A stretch of 64,000 nt of DNA from an uncultured Gammaproteobacteria bacterium (GTDB lineage Bacteria; Patescibacteriota; Patescibacteriia; UBA9934; CAZDDW01): positions 620,115-684,114 of the forward strand of contig OZ246408.1 of assembly GCA_965231015.1 (NCBI GenBank), given 5' to 3'. Below the pieces are notes generated by a model. It made no database searches. It saw nothing but the letters and a program-made list of their open reading frames with translations, and had not been told where the DNA came from. Every line of letters begins with the position of its first letter. Position 1 is the stretch's first letter. Positions 37,960-51,000 of this stretch are shown piece by piece. A program made the translations under genes and the position numbers.

Positions 37960-39978
37960 CTATTTCTTCTTCGGTGTGGGAGACTTCCGAAGTTCCTCTT
38001 TAAGGAGCTTGACCTCGTCGCGCAACAGGGCCGCCAGTTCGAACTGGAGTTCTCGCGCGGCGATTTTCATTTCTATTTCTTTTTGTTTTATCACTTGTTC
38101 CAAATCTTTCGGATCCGTAATCATTTCGATCTTCAATACGTCACGAATATCTCGGTCTTCCTCAATCCCAATCATCTCTCGAATATCTTTAATGTCTTTT
38201 TTAACCGTCTTTGGTGTAATCCCATATTTCTTGTTGAAAGCCAGTTGTTTCCTTCGCCGGCGATTAGTTTCTTTGATGGCCCGATTTAAGGAACCGGTCA
38301 TTTCGTCCGCATACAAAATGACTTTTCCACTCACATTACGAGCCGCCCGACCAATCGTTTGAATAAGCGAGGTTTCAGAACGCAAGAAGCCTTCTTTGTC
38401 TGCATCTAAGATTGCCACCAATGTCACCTCTGGCAAATCTAACCCTTCACGTAACAGGTTCACTCCAACCAAAACATCAAACTTTCCCTCTCTGAATTCA
38501 GACAACTTTCTAATTCGATCAAGCGTTTCGACTCCGGAATGCAAATACTCTGTTTTTATGCTTTGTGCAGCCAAAAATTCAGATAAGTCTTCGGCCATTT
38601 TCTTAGTCAAAGTGGTGACCAAAACCCGTTCTTTTCTCTTAACCCGTTTGGCAATTTCTCTCATTAAATCATCAACCTGACCTTCGTTATCTTCGCTGGG
38701 TGTAATCGGTCGAACAATAATTTCTGGATCCACAAGCCCAGTTGGTCGAATCACTTGCTCTACAACTTGAGTCGAATTCTCAAGTTCATAATCCCCAGGG
38801 GTAGCTGAAGTAAATACTACTTGTTGAATCCGTTTCTCAAACTCGTGAAACTTCAGAGGACGGTTGTCCCTGGCCGACGGAAGACGGAACCCGTGTTTGA
38901 TCAGATTGTCCTTACGAGCCCTGTCTCCGTTATACATGCCCCCGATCTGTGGCACAGTCACGTGCGACTCATCAATCACCAATAAAAAGTCATCGCCAAA
39001 ATAATCAATCAGGGTAAACGGAGGTTCACCCGGCACCCGGCCATCAAAATGGCGCGAATAGTTTTCGATTCCGTTGCAGTAACCAATATTACGAATCATT
39101 TCAAGGTCGTATCGAGTGCGACGCTTCAGTCGTTCATATTCGAGCACACTTCCCTGTTTCTCAAGTTCAGTTAAACGTTCTTTTAATTCAGCTTCAATTG
39201 CATCTGTGGCTCGCTTGATCTCAGCCTTGTTGGCCACAAAGTGTGAGGCTGGAAATAAAGTTACAGTGTCAACCGACTCAAGATCACGTCTGGTTACTGG
39301 ATCAAGAACCATAATCTCGGCCGGCCGATCATCTTCAAACCGAATTCGATACAATAACTCTTCATGCATCGGCATTATCTCCATTACGTCTCCACGAGCG
39401 CGAAAGTGACCGCGAGTTAAATCAGCCGTGGTTCGTTCAAACTGCATCTCAATCAACCGACGGATAATCTCATTTCGAGCTAAACCATCTTCACCTAATT
39501 TAATTTCGAGAACAATTCGCTCATACATGTCCGGAGAACCTAAACCGTAAATACAAGAAACCGAAGCCACAATTATTACATCTTTCCGAGTTCGCAAGGC
39601 CTGGGTGGCTTTGTGACGTAGACGGTCAATCTCATCATTAATATCTGCCTCCTTTTCAATATACGTATCCGTACGTGGCATGTAGGCTTCTGGTTGATAA
39701 TAATCGTAATAAGAGACAAAATACTCGACTACATTAGCTGGGAAAAATTCGCGAAACTCGTTACACAACTGCGCGGCCAAAGTCTTATTGTGAGCAATGA
39801 CCAAGGTTGGTTTGTTGACCTCTTTGATAACGTTAGCCATGGTAAAGGTCTTTCCTGATCCAGTAACCCCAAGCAAAGTCTGAAACTTCTCGTTTGACTT
39901 CAACCCTTTAACCAGTCCCTTGATTGCCTCCGGTTGATCTCCGGCTGGTTTAAATTTTGACTTTAATTTGAAACTCAT
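37960..39978 (-). CDS. uvrB: Excinuclease ABC subunit B
   Basis: 672 aa: ...LLGVTGSGKTFTMANVI... helicase motifs, a beta-hairpin region, and a C-terminal UvrB/UvrC interaction coiled coil. Confidence 0.95.
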   Translation of the reverse strand: MSFKLKSKFKPAGDQPEAIKGLVKGLKSNEKFQTLLGVTGSGKTFTMANVIKEVNKPTLVIAHNKTLAAQLCNEFREFFPANVVEYFVSYYDYYQPEAYMPRTDTYIEKEADINDEIDRLRHKATQALRTRKDVIIVASVSCIYGLGSPDMYERIVLEIKLGEDGLARNEIIRRLIEMQFERTTADLTRGHFRARGDVMEIMPMHEELLYRIRFEDDRPAEIMVLDPVTRRDLESVDTVTLFPASHFVANKAEIKRATDAIEAELKERLTELEKQGSVLEYERLKRRTRYDLEMIRNIGYCNGIENYSRHFDGRVPGEPPFTLIDYFGDDFLLVIDESHVTVPQIGGMYNGDRARKDNLIKHGFRLPSARDNRPLKFHEFEKRIQQVVFTSATPGDYELENSTQVVEQVIRPTGLVDPEIIVRPITPSEDNEGQVDDLMREIAKRVKRKERVLVTTLTKKMAEDLSEFLAAQSIKTEYLHSGVETLDRIRKLSEFREGKFDVLVGVNLLREGLDLPEVTLVAILDADKEGFLRSETSLIQTIGRAARNVSGKVILYADEMTGSLNRAIKETNRRRRKQLAFNKKYGITPKTVKKDIKDIREMIGIEEDRDIRDVLKIEMITDPKDLEQVIKQKEIEMKIAARELQFELAALLRDEVKLLKEELRKSPTPKKK

Positions 39979-40102
39979 AATTTCTTATAAATACAAGACC
40001 CCCTAAAAGCTGCCTTCCAGGGGTATGTATAACAGATTGTAGGGCCACCGAAGTGACAACAGGATTCTATCAGAACCCTGTTTTTATGTCAATAGAGCCA
40101 AT

Positions 40103-40621
40103 TTAATCAATCGATCTAACCTTTTCAGTGCCGTTAATTTGCACCAGATATCGAGCGACTTCTTCCGGCACCAATTCTTTCCAGGTTTCATCTGATTCTT
40201 TGATTCGCTTACGTACTTCAGTAGCACTTATTCCAGGAACCTCCACAATATCTTTTACCTGAATTCCTTTATCTTCGAAACACTTTTTTGTCCACTCATC
40301 CCCGGTCCAAACCAAATCAATGTCACCACATTCCTCAATCACCTTTTCAGTCCAGGCTTTGTCATCCTCCATGTCGTCGACCTCTCGCATTTCAACATCA
40401 AATTTTGGAATTATATCTTCATCCTGTAGGGCATGTTGGATCATGTCTTTACGCTCTTCTGGAGTGAAAGGATTCTTTTCTGTGCCTGACTCCTGACAGC
40501 TACCCAAGACAATAATAACCTTGTCACAGGTCTTGGCCATTCCCTTCACCACCATTAAATGACCTTTATGAAACGGCTGAAACCGTCCGACAAAAACACA
40601 ACTAGACATAAAAATTTTCAA
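40103..40621 (-). CDS. Nicotinamide-nucleotide adenylyltransferase-like cytidylyltransferase (archaeal NadM type)
   Basis: (H/T)xGH motif in VFVGRFQPFHKGHLMVVKGM, with overall similarity to archaeal NMNAT. The true start is probably the internal MSSCVF..., 12 nt downstream. Confidence 0.7.
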   Translation of the reverse strand: MKIFMSSCVFVGRFQPFHKGHLMVVKGMAKTCDKVIIVLGSCQESGTEKNPFTPEERKDMIQHALQDEDIIPKFDVEMREVDDMEDDKAWTEKVIEECGDIDLVWTGDEWTKKCFEDKGIQVKDIVEVPGISATEVRKRIKESDETWKELVPEEVARYLVQINGTEKVRSID

Positions 40622-40623
40622 CT

Positions 40624-41550
40624 TTACAATTTATCAATTTTCAATTTTATGATTTCATCCCAGTGAAGTGGTTTGGCAAAATCTTGTTTGAGCCCTGATA
40701 CCTCCTCCCCAACCACCTCAATTTCTGGTAAACCGATTATACCATATCCAGCCTCACTGGCCAGTTTTAAATATTCAATCTGCCCTGCCCGAATATCCAT
40801 CAATTCGCATGCTACCGAATCAACTGCCAAAGCATCAGTTCCGACCAGCGCTACATGCATTGGCACAGCTTCACCGCGAGTAGGACCATCGCCTTCCATA
40901 GCTACAAAACCATCGATGATCGAGAGATCGGGTTTACACTGCCCGTACAGATGAGCAATGGATTTCATGTGTGCGATTAAGCCTTCGTCGTGTAATTGCG
41001 GCCAGCGTGGCCAATACTTACCGTTCGGACCAATCTTACTTGGTGCTACCCATATTCCAACAGACCAATTTTTTACTCCTAGGCTCACTCCAACGTCCCG
41101 ATGAGTTTTCATATTCGTGAGCGAAATCTTGAAACCTGCCTCAACCGCAGTTTTACTCAAACCCTTTTCGATTTTAACCCGATTCCCTGCTCGATCGATC
41201 CGTTTAGCTTCAAGTACTTCATCATCATTTAAATCTAACAGCTGAACATTCTGATATTCCTGTAGCAAATTTTCATACCCAAAATTCCGAAAAGCCGGTT
41301 TAGTGCCGTGGTACGACGCATCCCCAATTACAACCGGTGCACCAGTGTGAGCTCGAATAAAGTCAAGAACGGCTCGCACACCATCAATATGACTAGAAGC
41401 TAACTCTTTTTGGTGATGGACCAGGTTTGGCTTAATGATGACAGAACTCACTGCCTTAAGTCGTTCCACCACCTCATCCTCAAGCAACCGTAGAGCCTCG
41501 GCCACGTTTTCCCGCCTGTAATCCCCTTTGGTTAACGCTACTTTTGTCAT
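40624..41550 (-). CDS. DUF362 domain protein
   Basis: 308 aa: MTKVALTKGDYRRENVAEALRLLEDEVVERLKAVSSVIIKPNLV... resembles the DUF362 N-terminal signature. Function unknown. Confidence 0.6.
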   Translation of the reverse strand: MTKVALTKGDYRRENVAEALRLLEDEVVERLKAVSSVIIKPNLVHHQKELASSHIDGVRAVLDFIRAHTGAPVVIGDASYHGTKPAFRNFGYENLLQEYQNVQLLDLNDDEVLEAKRIDRAGNRVKIEKGLSKTAVEAGFKISLTNMKTHRDVGVSLGVKNWSVGIWVAPSKIGPNGKYWPRWPQLHDEGLIAHMKSIAHLYGQCKPDLSIIDGFVAMEGDGPTRGEAVPMHVALVGTDALAVDSVACELMDIRAGQIEYLKLASEAGYGIIGLPEIEVVGEEVSGLKQDFAKPLHWDEIIKLKIDKL

Positions 41551-41578
41551 AAATTAAGAGACGGGGCGTAACCCCGTC
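41551..41578 (-). terminator. Intrinsic terminator at end of the surface-protein operon
   Basis: Minus strand: GACGGGG-UUACG-CCCCGUC followed by UCUUAAUUU, immediately before the DUF362 start. Confidence 0.6.
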
Positions 41579-41588
41579 CTCCCTTTTT

Positions 41589-42095
41589 TTATTGTTCATC
41601 GGCTTGAATTGCCTGGACCACGCTTGAATCTGGCCGTAAATTTTCTATAAACAGAATGTGATCTCGGTTGATTTCCATGGTCCCTTCCGGGCCATGCATT
41701 TCCGTTCCCAAACGAACCAAACTGGTTTGACTACCCTGTCCTGACGCGGCTTGTTCTCCGGACGCTTCTTGAACCTGCAAGTAATACACTTCGGACATAT
41801 TAATAAATTGATCCTTGCGATTTTCCTCAAGCCGGCCAAAATAAACCTGACCATTAGTCAGAAAAACAGCTTTGTAATCACTGCTCATGCCCTTAGTATC
41901 CGTGTTGGCTGGCGCCTGGCTTTCCAGATCTAAAACCGTATCAATCACAGAATCACTAGAACGAGTAAACCAATAAACAAGGCCTGCCAGAACAGCTACT
42001 GCTAAAACTATAGCCACAACAATAACCAGCTTCGATCCCTTTTCTTGCTCTCCGGGTCGATTATATTGTGGTCGATTTTCTTTTTTAAAAAACAT
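41589..42095 (-). CDS. Membrane-anchored hypothetical protein (168 aa)
   Basis: TM helix LVIVVAIVLAVAVLAGLVYWF and a soluble domain with no recognised family. The start is 3 nt after the giant gene's stop. Confidence 0.5.
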   Translation of the reverse strand: MFFKKENRPQYNRPGEQEKGSKLVIVVAIVLAVAVLAGLVYWFTRSSDSVIDTVLDLESQAPANTDTKGMSSDYKAVFLTNGQVYFGRLEENRKDQFINMSEVYYLQVQEASGEQAASGQGSQTSLVRLGTEMHGPEGTMEINRDHILFIENLRPDSSVVQAIQADEQ

Positions 42096-42097
42096 AA

Positions 42098-45000
42098 TTA
42101 TTCTTCAATTAATGTATCAGACTCCTCAACCGGAGCTTCTTCAGGCTGGGCTGGCTCCTCTTCCACCACAGTTTCTTCCTGATCGGGATCAACATGTTGA
42201 GTCCCTACATCCTCTTCGACCTCTTCTTCGGTCATAGGCTCGTCATCTTCTACTTCTTCAACTACCTCCTCCTCTTCTTCTTCTCCTTCGGCTATCTCCT
42301 CATCAATTACTGGTTCTTCTTCAACCACCTCTTCCTCTTCTTCTACTGGTTCCTCTTCCTCCGGCTCTTCATCTATCTGTTCGTCCGGATCAACCATGCC
42401 TTCAACCGGATCATTTATATGACACTGGCCGTCCCAATAATAGTTTGTCAGCTGTTTGCACTCGTCCAGGGTATCACAGGCGTTCAAATTATCAACCCCA
42501 CACTCACCTTGATCAATAACCAGCTCAATTTCTTCAGTGGTTCCGTCTGAAATGAACAGCTTGGCATTATTTGAACCAAAAGCGTGCCAACTGAATTCAA
42601 CGCTCTCGCCATACATCTTATCTATCTCAATGTTAAATCCGGTTAAAGTTACATCTTTGATAATGTAGTCAATGTCCTCATGTAAATAGTTCATGAGAGT
42701 AGCAGTAACAATTGGTTGATATTGATACTCTTCCTCAAATTCAACCTGAACATTGGTCTCGTATTTCAGGATGCGAGCCAGACCAACCGTATCACCGTTA
42801 AAGGTAGTGTGTTTCTTTACCACCAAATTATCAACCTCGCCACTCATAACGAGAGTCGAACCACTTCCCTGTTCAACAGACTCAGTTTCTTGAATATCAT
42901 TCATACTATTTTGTATTGTCTCAATCACTCCCTGTTGATCCTGAATTGATTTCATCACAAGCGGAATAAAACTCTTATAATCCACCATCTTATACCCGTC
43001 CGAACGAGTGGTTACGGCAATTGGATAAATATCTTCAACCTGTTGAGCAATTACCCCGTGGTAGAATGTTTCATCATCGTCTGTAAAAGCTGATCTGTAT
43101 CGGAAATCCACAATCTCAACGGCCATTAAATCTTCAATGGAAAGTTCAGTAGCGGTGATATCCCGCTTCAAGCGCTCGTCTGACGGAGCTGTGGTATCAA
43201 TTGTATTTTGTCCAATGTAAAGAGTAGCTGAGCCTGTACCGTGGGTTTCGTCATCAATTAAATTATCCCCACTATCAACACCGATTGTCACACCAGAAGC
43301 TACCACTAATCCGCCGTTAGTTGGATCAGTGTCGCCAATACCAACGATTCCAGAACTAGATAAACGCATTACTTCTGAACCACTGGTTGAGAAGCCTAAA
43401 GTATCGGCCGAAATTCGGTACATTCCAGTGTTAGAGTCGTCGTTGAACCGGTATGATGGAGAACCAGCTGTTCCGTTTGCGTTAGCAAACGAACTGGCTC
43501 TAACTTGTCCAACAACCTGGAATTTAGTTGAAGGTGAGTCCGTACCAATTCCAACCCTCTCATTAGTAGTATCAATGTTCAAAATTGAAGTACCACCATC
43601 TGCATCTAAGAATTGGAAGCCGTTGGTTGAGTCAGTGCTATTTTGGAAAGTTAATAGATCATTAGTGGTATCGAAGGTTACTGCAGTTTCATCACCATCA
43701 GCCCCAATGTGTAAGGTGGCTGGGCCAAGATATAAATCCTGCCAACGAACTGTGCTTGAACCAAGGTCAAAGGTGTCATCTGCTGATGGAAGAAGGTCGT
43801 CACTTAATATAAAGGTTGTGGTATCGTGTCTTAAATATTCTGTTGTGGCATTGTTGTAATACAAGTACTCATCCAGGGTGATGTTACCATCAGCCTCAAT
43901 ATCATCGGCAACTAAAAGGTCGCTAGTCCCATCGATGTTGCTAGCCACACCACCTCCAACATCAAGCAGAGCCGCTGGACTGTCATCCCCAATTCCCACA
44001 TCTTCTAAAAAGTAGCTTTCCCCGGCTGAAACATAGAGGGCAAATCCACTACTTTGTGTATTTAGTTCCAATAAGTTTGCCGTGGCCGAAGAATTGGTGT
44101 CGCGGAAGCTGGCAAAAGCAGAAGCGGTCGCCGCTGTGCCTCGACGAGCATCAAATACGGAACCGGTACCATTATTGGTCAGGCTTATCATGTTAATGTT
44201 TGAATCTTGGTCAGCACTTAAAACACCCCCTGCGCCATTTTGATCAATCTCAATTGCGTTTCCGGTACCGTCATTTTGAATTTTCAAGACATCCTGATCT
44301 GAACCATCGTCTTCAGTAAATGATACTAGTGGTCCGTCAGCATCAACAGCCGCACGGCGTGAATACACATTCAAACCAATTCCCGGTGCATCGTTTCGAA
44401 CAAACAAAGCCCCGGATGAACTGGTGGCAAACCCAACATCACCAATTTGATCTATCAATAGCGCATTACCTGTACCATCATTGGTCAGATACATTACGTT
44501 TTGATCTGATGCACCATCCTCATAGAGCTCAAACAAGGCATCATCCGTGGTAGCTGCGTCTTCATTTCTGTATAAATAAAGTGCCCCGGCTCCGCCACCG
44601 GCCGTAACTCTTAAACTGGCGGCGTTATTGGTGCTAGCATCACCGATATGAGTAATCGACACAGCATAATTACTGGTGTCAGTTCCACGTACAGCCAACA
44701 TCTCAGAAGGACTATTGGTACCAATTCCCAAATATTTGTTTGTGTCGTCCCAGAAAAGGTTGGCATTATCTTCATCCAAATCCCCGGAAGCATCAGCAAA
44801 CATAACTGAACCGGTAGTAAAGCTAGAATCAAGAGAGCCGGACAAAGTTCCGTAAATTGTGCCATCGACTTCAAGGTCGTCGGCTACCAATAAGTCATCT
44901 GTTCCGTCGATGAAGTTAACAACTCCGCCACCGACATCTAACATGGCCGAAGGTGATGGATCTCCAATCCCAATATACCCCGTATTATCTGTGATCCTTA

Positions 45001-48000
45001 ACCTTTCCGTAGGTACCCCGACCCCATTATCTGTTGCAAAGCTGTGACGGGTGGTGGCATAGAAAGAGAAGTAACCATCTCCAAAGTCAGCGACACCATT
45101 ACTATCAGCTAAAATTTTAGTATTGTGAGCAGCATTTCCGATTTCAATATAATTTCCAACATTATCATACTGAATCGAACTAACGCTTGATCCTCCATCA
45201 TTAAAGTAGATCCAATCTGTTACTCGGATATCACCAGAGACATCAAGTTCAACCCCTGGTGTATTCGTCCCAATACCTAACCGATTATTGCCATCATCCC
45301 AGAATAAGTTGGTGTTATCTTGACTTAATAACCCGGAAGAACCGATAAACGGCATGGAGCCGGTAGTCATATCGGCAATGGATAACGTCTCACCGGTGTT
45401 TAATAACAGATCATCGCCCGGGTTGGTTGGTGATAAATCAGTTCCGGTCTTGGACCAATACGATGACCCTGCACCCAATGAGGCGGTATAAGTTCCAAGA
45501 GCGTTCAAAGCATGAACAATAGAGGTCGAGGTCTCACCGCCGGCACCAATTGTTGAACCAATAGATCCATCATCGGCAAAAATTTCCCCGGCATCATTTA
45601 ATAAATCGTCTCCAAGAGCAGAACCGGTCTGAGTAAAGTAAAGGCTTGGCTCTTGATTATCCCGGAAATGGATCAATCCTCCGCCACCAGATGAATCAGC
45701 GTTCAAAGTGATTAAAGCTCCGCCATTATTTACAGAATCAACTTCAAAATCAACTTCTGAATTACCATTTCCTGCCGTGGCGTGCACATAAAAACGAGCA
45801 TCACCGTTAGTTGACGGATTGTTGCTGATATTAAATTGAGCTATGGAGTCACCATTGGTATTCGTGTTTTGCAGATACACTTGGAAATCAGTGTCTCCGT
45901 TAGTGGAGTTAGAGGTTACCCCGCGATAAATACCTTGCACCTCATTTCCATCACCATTATCCTGAACTAAAAATTGAGCATACCGATTACCCGACATTAA
46001 CATGTCGTCTCCTGTGTGCATAGCCACTACTTGTGTATCAATTCCAATATCATCCGGGTCAATAAAGTTGAACAAACCAACCAGTCCGGTATTCCCTCCC
46101 AAACTTCCTTCGTTGGAATATGGATCAATGATTAAACCACCGGTTAAGGTTGTAAAGTCCACCCCGTCCCCTAGAACCGAATATCCTCCACCGGAATAAC
46201 TATTGTTCATGTAGGCGAGTCCGGATCCAAAATCAATGGCCGGCGGATTGTTGGTGACATCGTTTTGATTAATGGTCAAGGCGGCGTTATTGCTTGTATC
46301 CGGAACTGTAATTTCTACTGCCCCACTGTCCGCAGTGATTGATCGGCCGGCTCCGGCGCCGCCAGTGTCATATGACGCATCCAGAGTTCCGCCGCCGGCA
46401 CCGCCAAAATTCACCACGTAATTTCCCAAACTGTTCAGAGCATGCACAATAGACGTTGAGGTTTCACCACCTCCTCCTATGACTGAACCAAGCGTACCGG
46501 TTGAGCTAAAAATTTCCCCAGCACTATTCAACAAATCGTCTCCCAATGCCGAGTTATACTGCGTAAAATTCAGAGACTCGTTGTCATCCTCAAACTCAAT
46601 CCATGACCTTTGGTTTGGATCCAAGTCAGTGGTGGCCGATATAGTAATGTAGGCGTTTCCAACATATCCCACCCCTTCTTTGTCAGCCTCAATCCAGGTT
46701 TGAGCATCTCCACCGTCGTCGCTATTACGTGAACGTACATGGCTTACAGCATCACTAGAGCCACCGCCATCTGCAATTTCAGAATAAAATTGTGCCTCCA
46801 CATCGTTATCTGAACCAGCATTTTCTAAAGCGGCAATGGTGGCACTTCTGGTTGGCGTACCCGTAAAGAAGTTTTGATTAGAAGCATAAATGGCTGAACC
46901 TTGGGTTTCTCGACCGCTTGTGACCGCGCCGGTAAAATTATAGATTCCGGCTATCCCCATGTCACCGGCTGCAAAATAAGATTCATTGCCATAGGGATCA
47001 TAAATCAAACCACCGGTTGTGGTTCCCAAATCTGGTCCATCACTCATCATGAAAAAATTTGTGGTCAAATCAGCCTCAAGCACCTGCGGTCCGGTTCCGG
47101 AAAACTCGATCGAAGCTCCGCTGTCGGTGTTATTGGTGAGCTGTAAAACTGAAGATTCAACCGTGGTATCATTTTGAACGATTTCCAATCCAACATTACC
47201 AGAACCATCCGGTACAATGATTTGTACTTCATCAGAATCTGCCGTAATAATTCTTCCAGCCCCAGACCCACCGAAGTCATAAGCCATATCCAAAGTTCCA
47301 CCGGCTCCGGCACCAATGCCGGCGGCATATGTTCCGACCGCATTAATAGCGTGAATTAGCGAAAGTGAAGACTCGCTGAAACTTGATCCGATCGTACCGC
47401 TCGAAGAATAAATCTCACCAGGAGCGTTTAGTAAGTCTCCGCCCAGGGCAACACTATCTTGCGTCAAATACAAATTATTTTCTCTTTCATCAACAAAATA
47501 TACATCACCGTCCGGCGACAACAACTGAATTGTTGAAGTACCTCCGGCTGAAGCACTTAAAGTGATAGTTGAATCGTCGGCTATACTGTTATTTGCCTGA
47601 AGTAAAATAGTGGATTCACCGGACGTTCCGGTTGTTTTGCTTGCTCCGACTAAAAATTCTGCATCTCCGGTGTTCGTGGCACTAACCACGTTAAAAGTCA
47701 TGTCGCTGTCACCGGTTGCGGCTGATGTGGTGCGAGCATCAAAATCAATGGACACATCACCGGTTACATCGGTCTCGTTTAAAATAATTCTTGAGTAACG
47801 CGTGATAGTACCGCCGAAATCGTCATCACTATTATTCAAAACGATTTGTTGAGTAGGTACCCCGGCTGTAGCGGCACCAATAAAATTCATAATTCCGGAA
47901 AATCCCTCTGAACCACCAAGCGATGGGTCATTGCCGTACGGATCAATGAATAATCCTGAAGTTAGATCACTAAACTGGGCTCCGTTACCGACAATGCTCC

Positions 48001-51000
48001 AACCACTGGAAAGGTCGTTGGTAATAGCCGCGTAACCGGATCCGAAATCAATTCCACCCGGATAATTGGTCGTATCGTTTTGAGTGATTGATAAAGCGGC
48101 GGTGTTTGAGTTGTCAGGGACTGTAATTTGAACAGCCCCGCTGTCGGCTGTAATTAGTCGACCAGCTCCGGCACCGCCGAAATCATAGGCTTGATCAAGC
48201 GTTCCACCGGCTCCGGCTCCCAGACCGGCTGCATAAGTACCAACCGCGTTTAAAGCATGGACGAGTGAATCAGAGGTTTCACCAGAAACCGATCCGATCG
48301 TTCCGGTGGCTTCAAAAATTTCACCAGCGGCGTTTAATAAATCATCACCAAAGAAAGCACTGTCTTGGGTAAAAGCAAGGTCATCCCGCGTATCCGTAAA
48401 GCTGATAAAACCATCTCCGGTACCATTCAAAACCCGAGCCTGAATTGCTGTGTAAGCATTTCCGTTAGCGGCAACGTTATCAATATATGAACCAAGACTG
48501 GTGTAGGCATGGTGACCTAAATCTTCGTTTATAGATTTAATCTCTACAACTGCATCGTTATCTCCGGTTTCAGCTACCTCAGCGACTAATTGAGCCCGAA
48601 CGTCTTGTCCTCCTTCAGCATCAGTTTCCCAAAGGTATAAATACACAGAACGAGTTGGACTGTCGTTTGGAAAATCATTCATGGCTTGCATGAAAGACAA
48701 GGAACGATCTTGACTCGCCTCATCTGCTCCAATGTAATTTCCGAAACCGACGGCACCCTGATTCAAACCAGTATAAACTGGGTTGTTACCATATGGATCT
48801 ATCATGAATCCAGCATTTATATCTGCAACCGTAACATCGTCAGCTATAGCGATCCAATTACTGGTCAGGTCAGTTAAAAGCGAGTGTCCTCCAACACCGG
48901 TAAACTCAATCGCCGCCCCATCGCCGGCATTACTGATCGTTAAAGCTGACGGGTCATTTGTAGCATCATTTTGAGTAATGGTAAGCACGGAATGATTGGA
49001 ATTGTTCGGGGTAATGAATTGGATCGTTCCCGAGTCAGCCGTAATGGTTCTACCGTTACCGGCACCACCAAAGTCGTAAGCCTGATCCAGTGTACCACCG
49101 CCGCCGGCACCAATTCCGGCCGCATAAGACCCAACCGCATTCAGGGCATGTACTAAAGAATCGGATGTTTCACCAACACCTATTGAAGACCCAATGGTTC
49201 CAGTACTACTGAAGACCTCTCCCGGAGCATTTAACAAGTCATCACCCAAGCTAGAGCCGTATTGAGTGAAGGTCAGCTGGTCATTTTCGTCACGGAATGA
49301 AATCCATGAATCCATGGTGCCAGTATCATCAACCGCGGCTTCTAACTCAATATATGCATCTCCACTATTTCCGGCTCCACGTTTGTGAGCCTCAATGTGT
49401 ACGACCGAATCTCCACCATTATCTTCATGACTTGATTCTAAAACAGCTTCGGCGTCATCTGTGCCACCACCCGGTTCAATCTGAGCCAATGATCTGACTT
49501 CGACATTTCCATCTTCATCTGTTTCAAAAGCACCCACAACAGCCCAACGAGTTGGCGAACCGGTCAGATGGTTTGCGTTACCGGAATAATTAACTGATCC
49601 GGCTAAATTATTTCCGGCTGTTGCCGCTCCAACATAGTTATAATAACCGACCACCCCGTAACCAACCGCTGAAAAGGCCGGACTTACTCCGTAAGGATCA
49701 GCCAATAAACCGCCTGTTGACGTGGTGCCCATGTCGTTGGAGTCTCCCATAACATAATAATTGGAGGTAATATCTTCAAAAGTGGTTGAATAAACACTGG
49801 ATCCGGAAAAATGCAGACCAGATGCTCCGGAAGCATTGTTGGTAATCTGAACAGCCGGGTCAGTAGCCGCGGTATTGTTGTGCGTGGCTAAAAGACTGCT
49901 TCCTTGACTGTAGTTCCTAATCTTTAGTGCCGCGTCAGTAAAATCTTTTCCGTGTGTCACCTCTAAGGCACGCTCAGCCATAGGATTTCCAAAAGTCACA
50001 CTGCCTTCTAAAACATCCGCACTGACCGATTCAGCCGGAAATCCAGGATTACCTCCAATCACGGTTTGAACCGTTGCCACTGTTCCACTAGGATCAAGAG
50101 AAACGAGCTGGTACATACCATCATGAGCCGCTGAGCCAGACACCAAAAATGTTGTGGAAGCTGATTCTGTAATATTTAAACTGCGAAGATTAGTTGAAAA
50201 AGTGATTGTGTTTCCTGATAAAGTTACTGCCTCTGTCAATAATTCATAAGAACTGGTCAAACCAAGAGTTCTTTCATTTCCCATAATTGTCACACCGAAA
50301 GCAAATTCACCAACTGCTGGTTCAGAATTCACAACCAAGGTTGCAGGAAAATCAGTAAAGGTCGTCGTTCCAAGTCCAGAATTCAATTTTAGTAAAGAGT
50401 CACTAAAAGTAGCTGTTTCTGCTTGTCCGGCATCACTAATGTACACCGGCCCGCTGTCAGCTATAATGCTTCGCCCGACACCGGCACCTCCGGTATCATA
50501 TGACTGATCAAGCGTGCCGCCACCGCCACCTAACGAATCTACATATTCCTTATCAACCAAAGATCGGTTTGTGTAGTTTGATGAATAATCAGCTGCATAA
50601 ACAGCTCCTTCAAAACCAACTACATCACTGGTAATCGATATGTTTTCCGGAGAAACATCAAGACTGGTACTTGTAAGATTATTATCATCACTTCTTTCAA
50701 AAGACAGGTCATTTGTTCGCATCCAAGTATTCATGATTTCACCCGTAGCAGAATTCTCAGCCGTGTAGAAAACTCCTCCTGAATCCTGATTCAGTTCGCT
50801 AAAATAAATACCCGTGTTCATTGATTGAATCCATTCATCCTCCCCAATCTCTACCATCATTCCCGTATTCTCAATAATAAAATAATTTCCGTTCAAATCA
50901 AACGTACGATCTTCAGAAAGAGAACCGTCGGAATTGAAGATATTAATACTTGCATTATCTACATATTCCTTATCAACCAAAGATCGGTTTGTGTAGTCAG

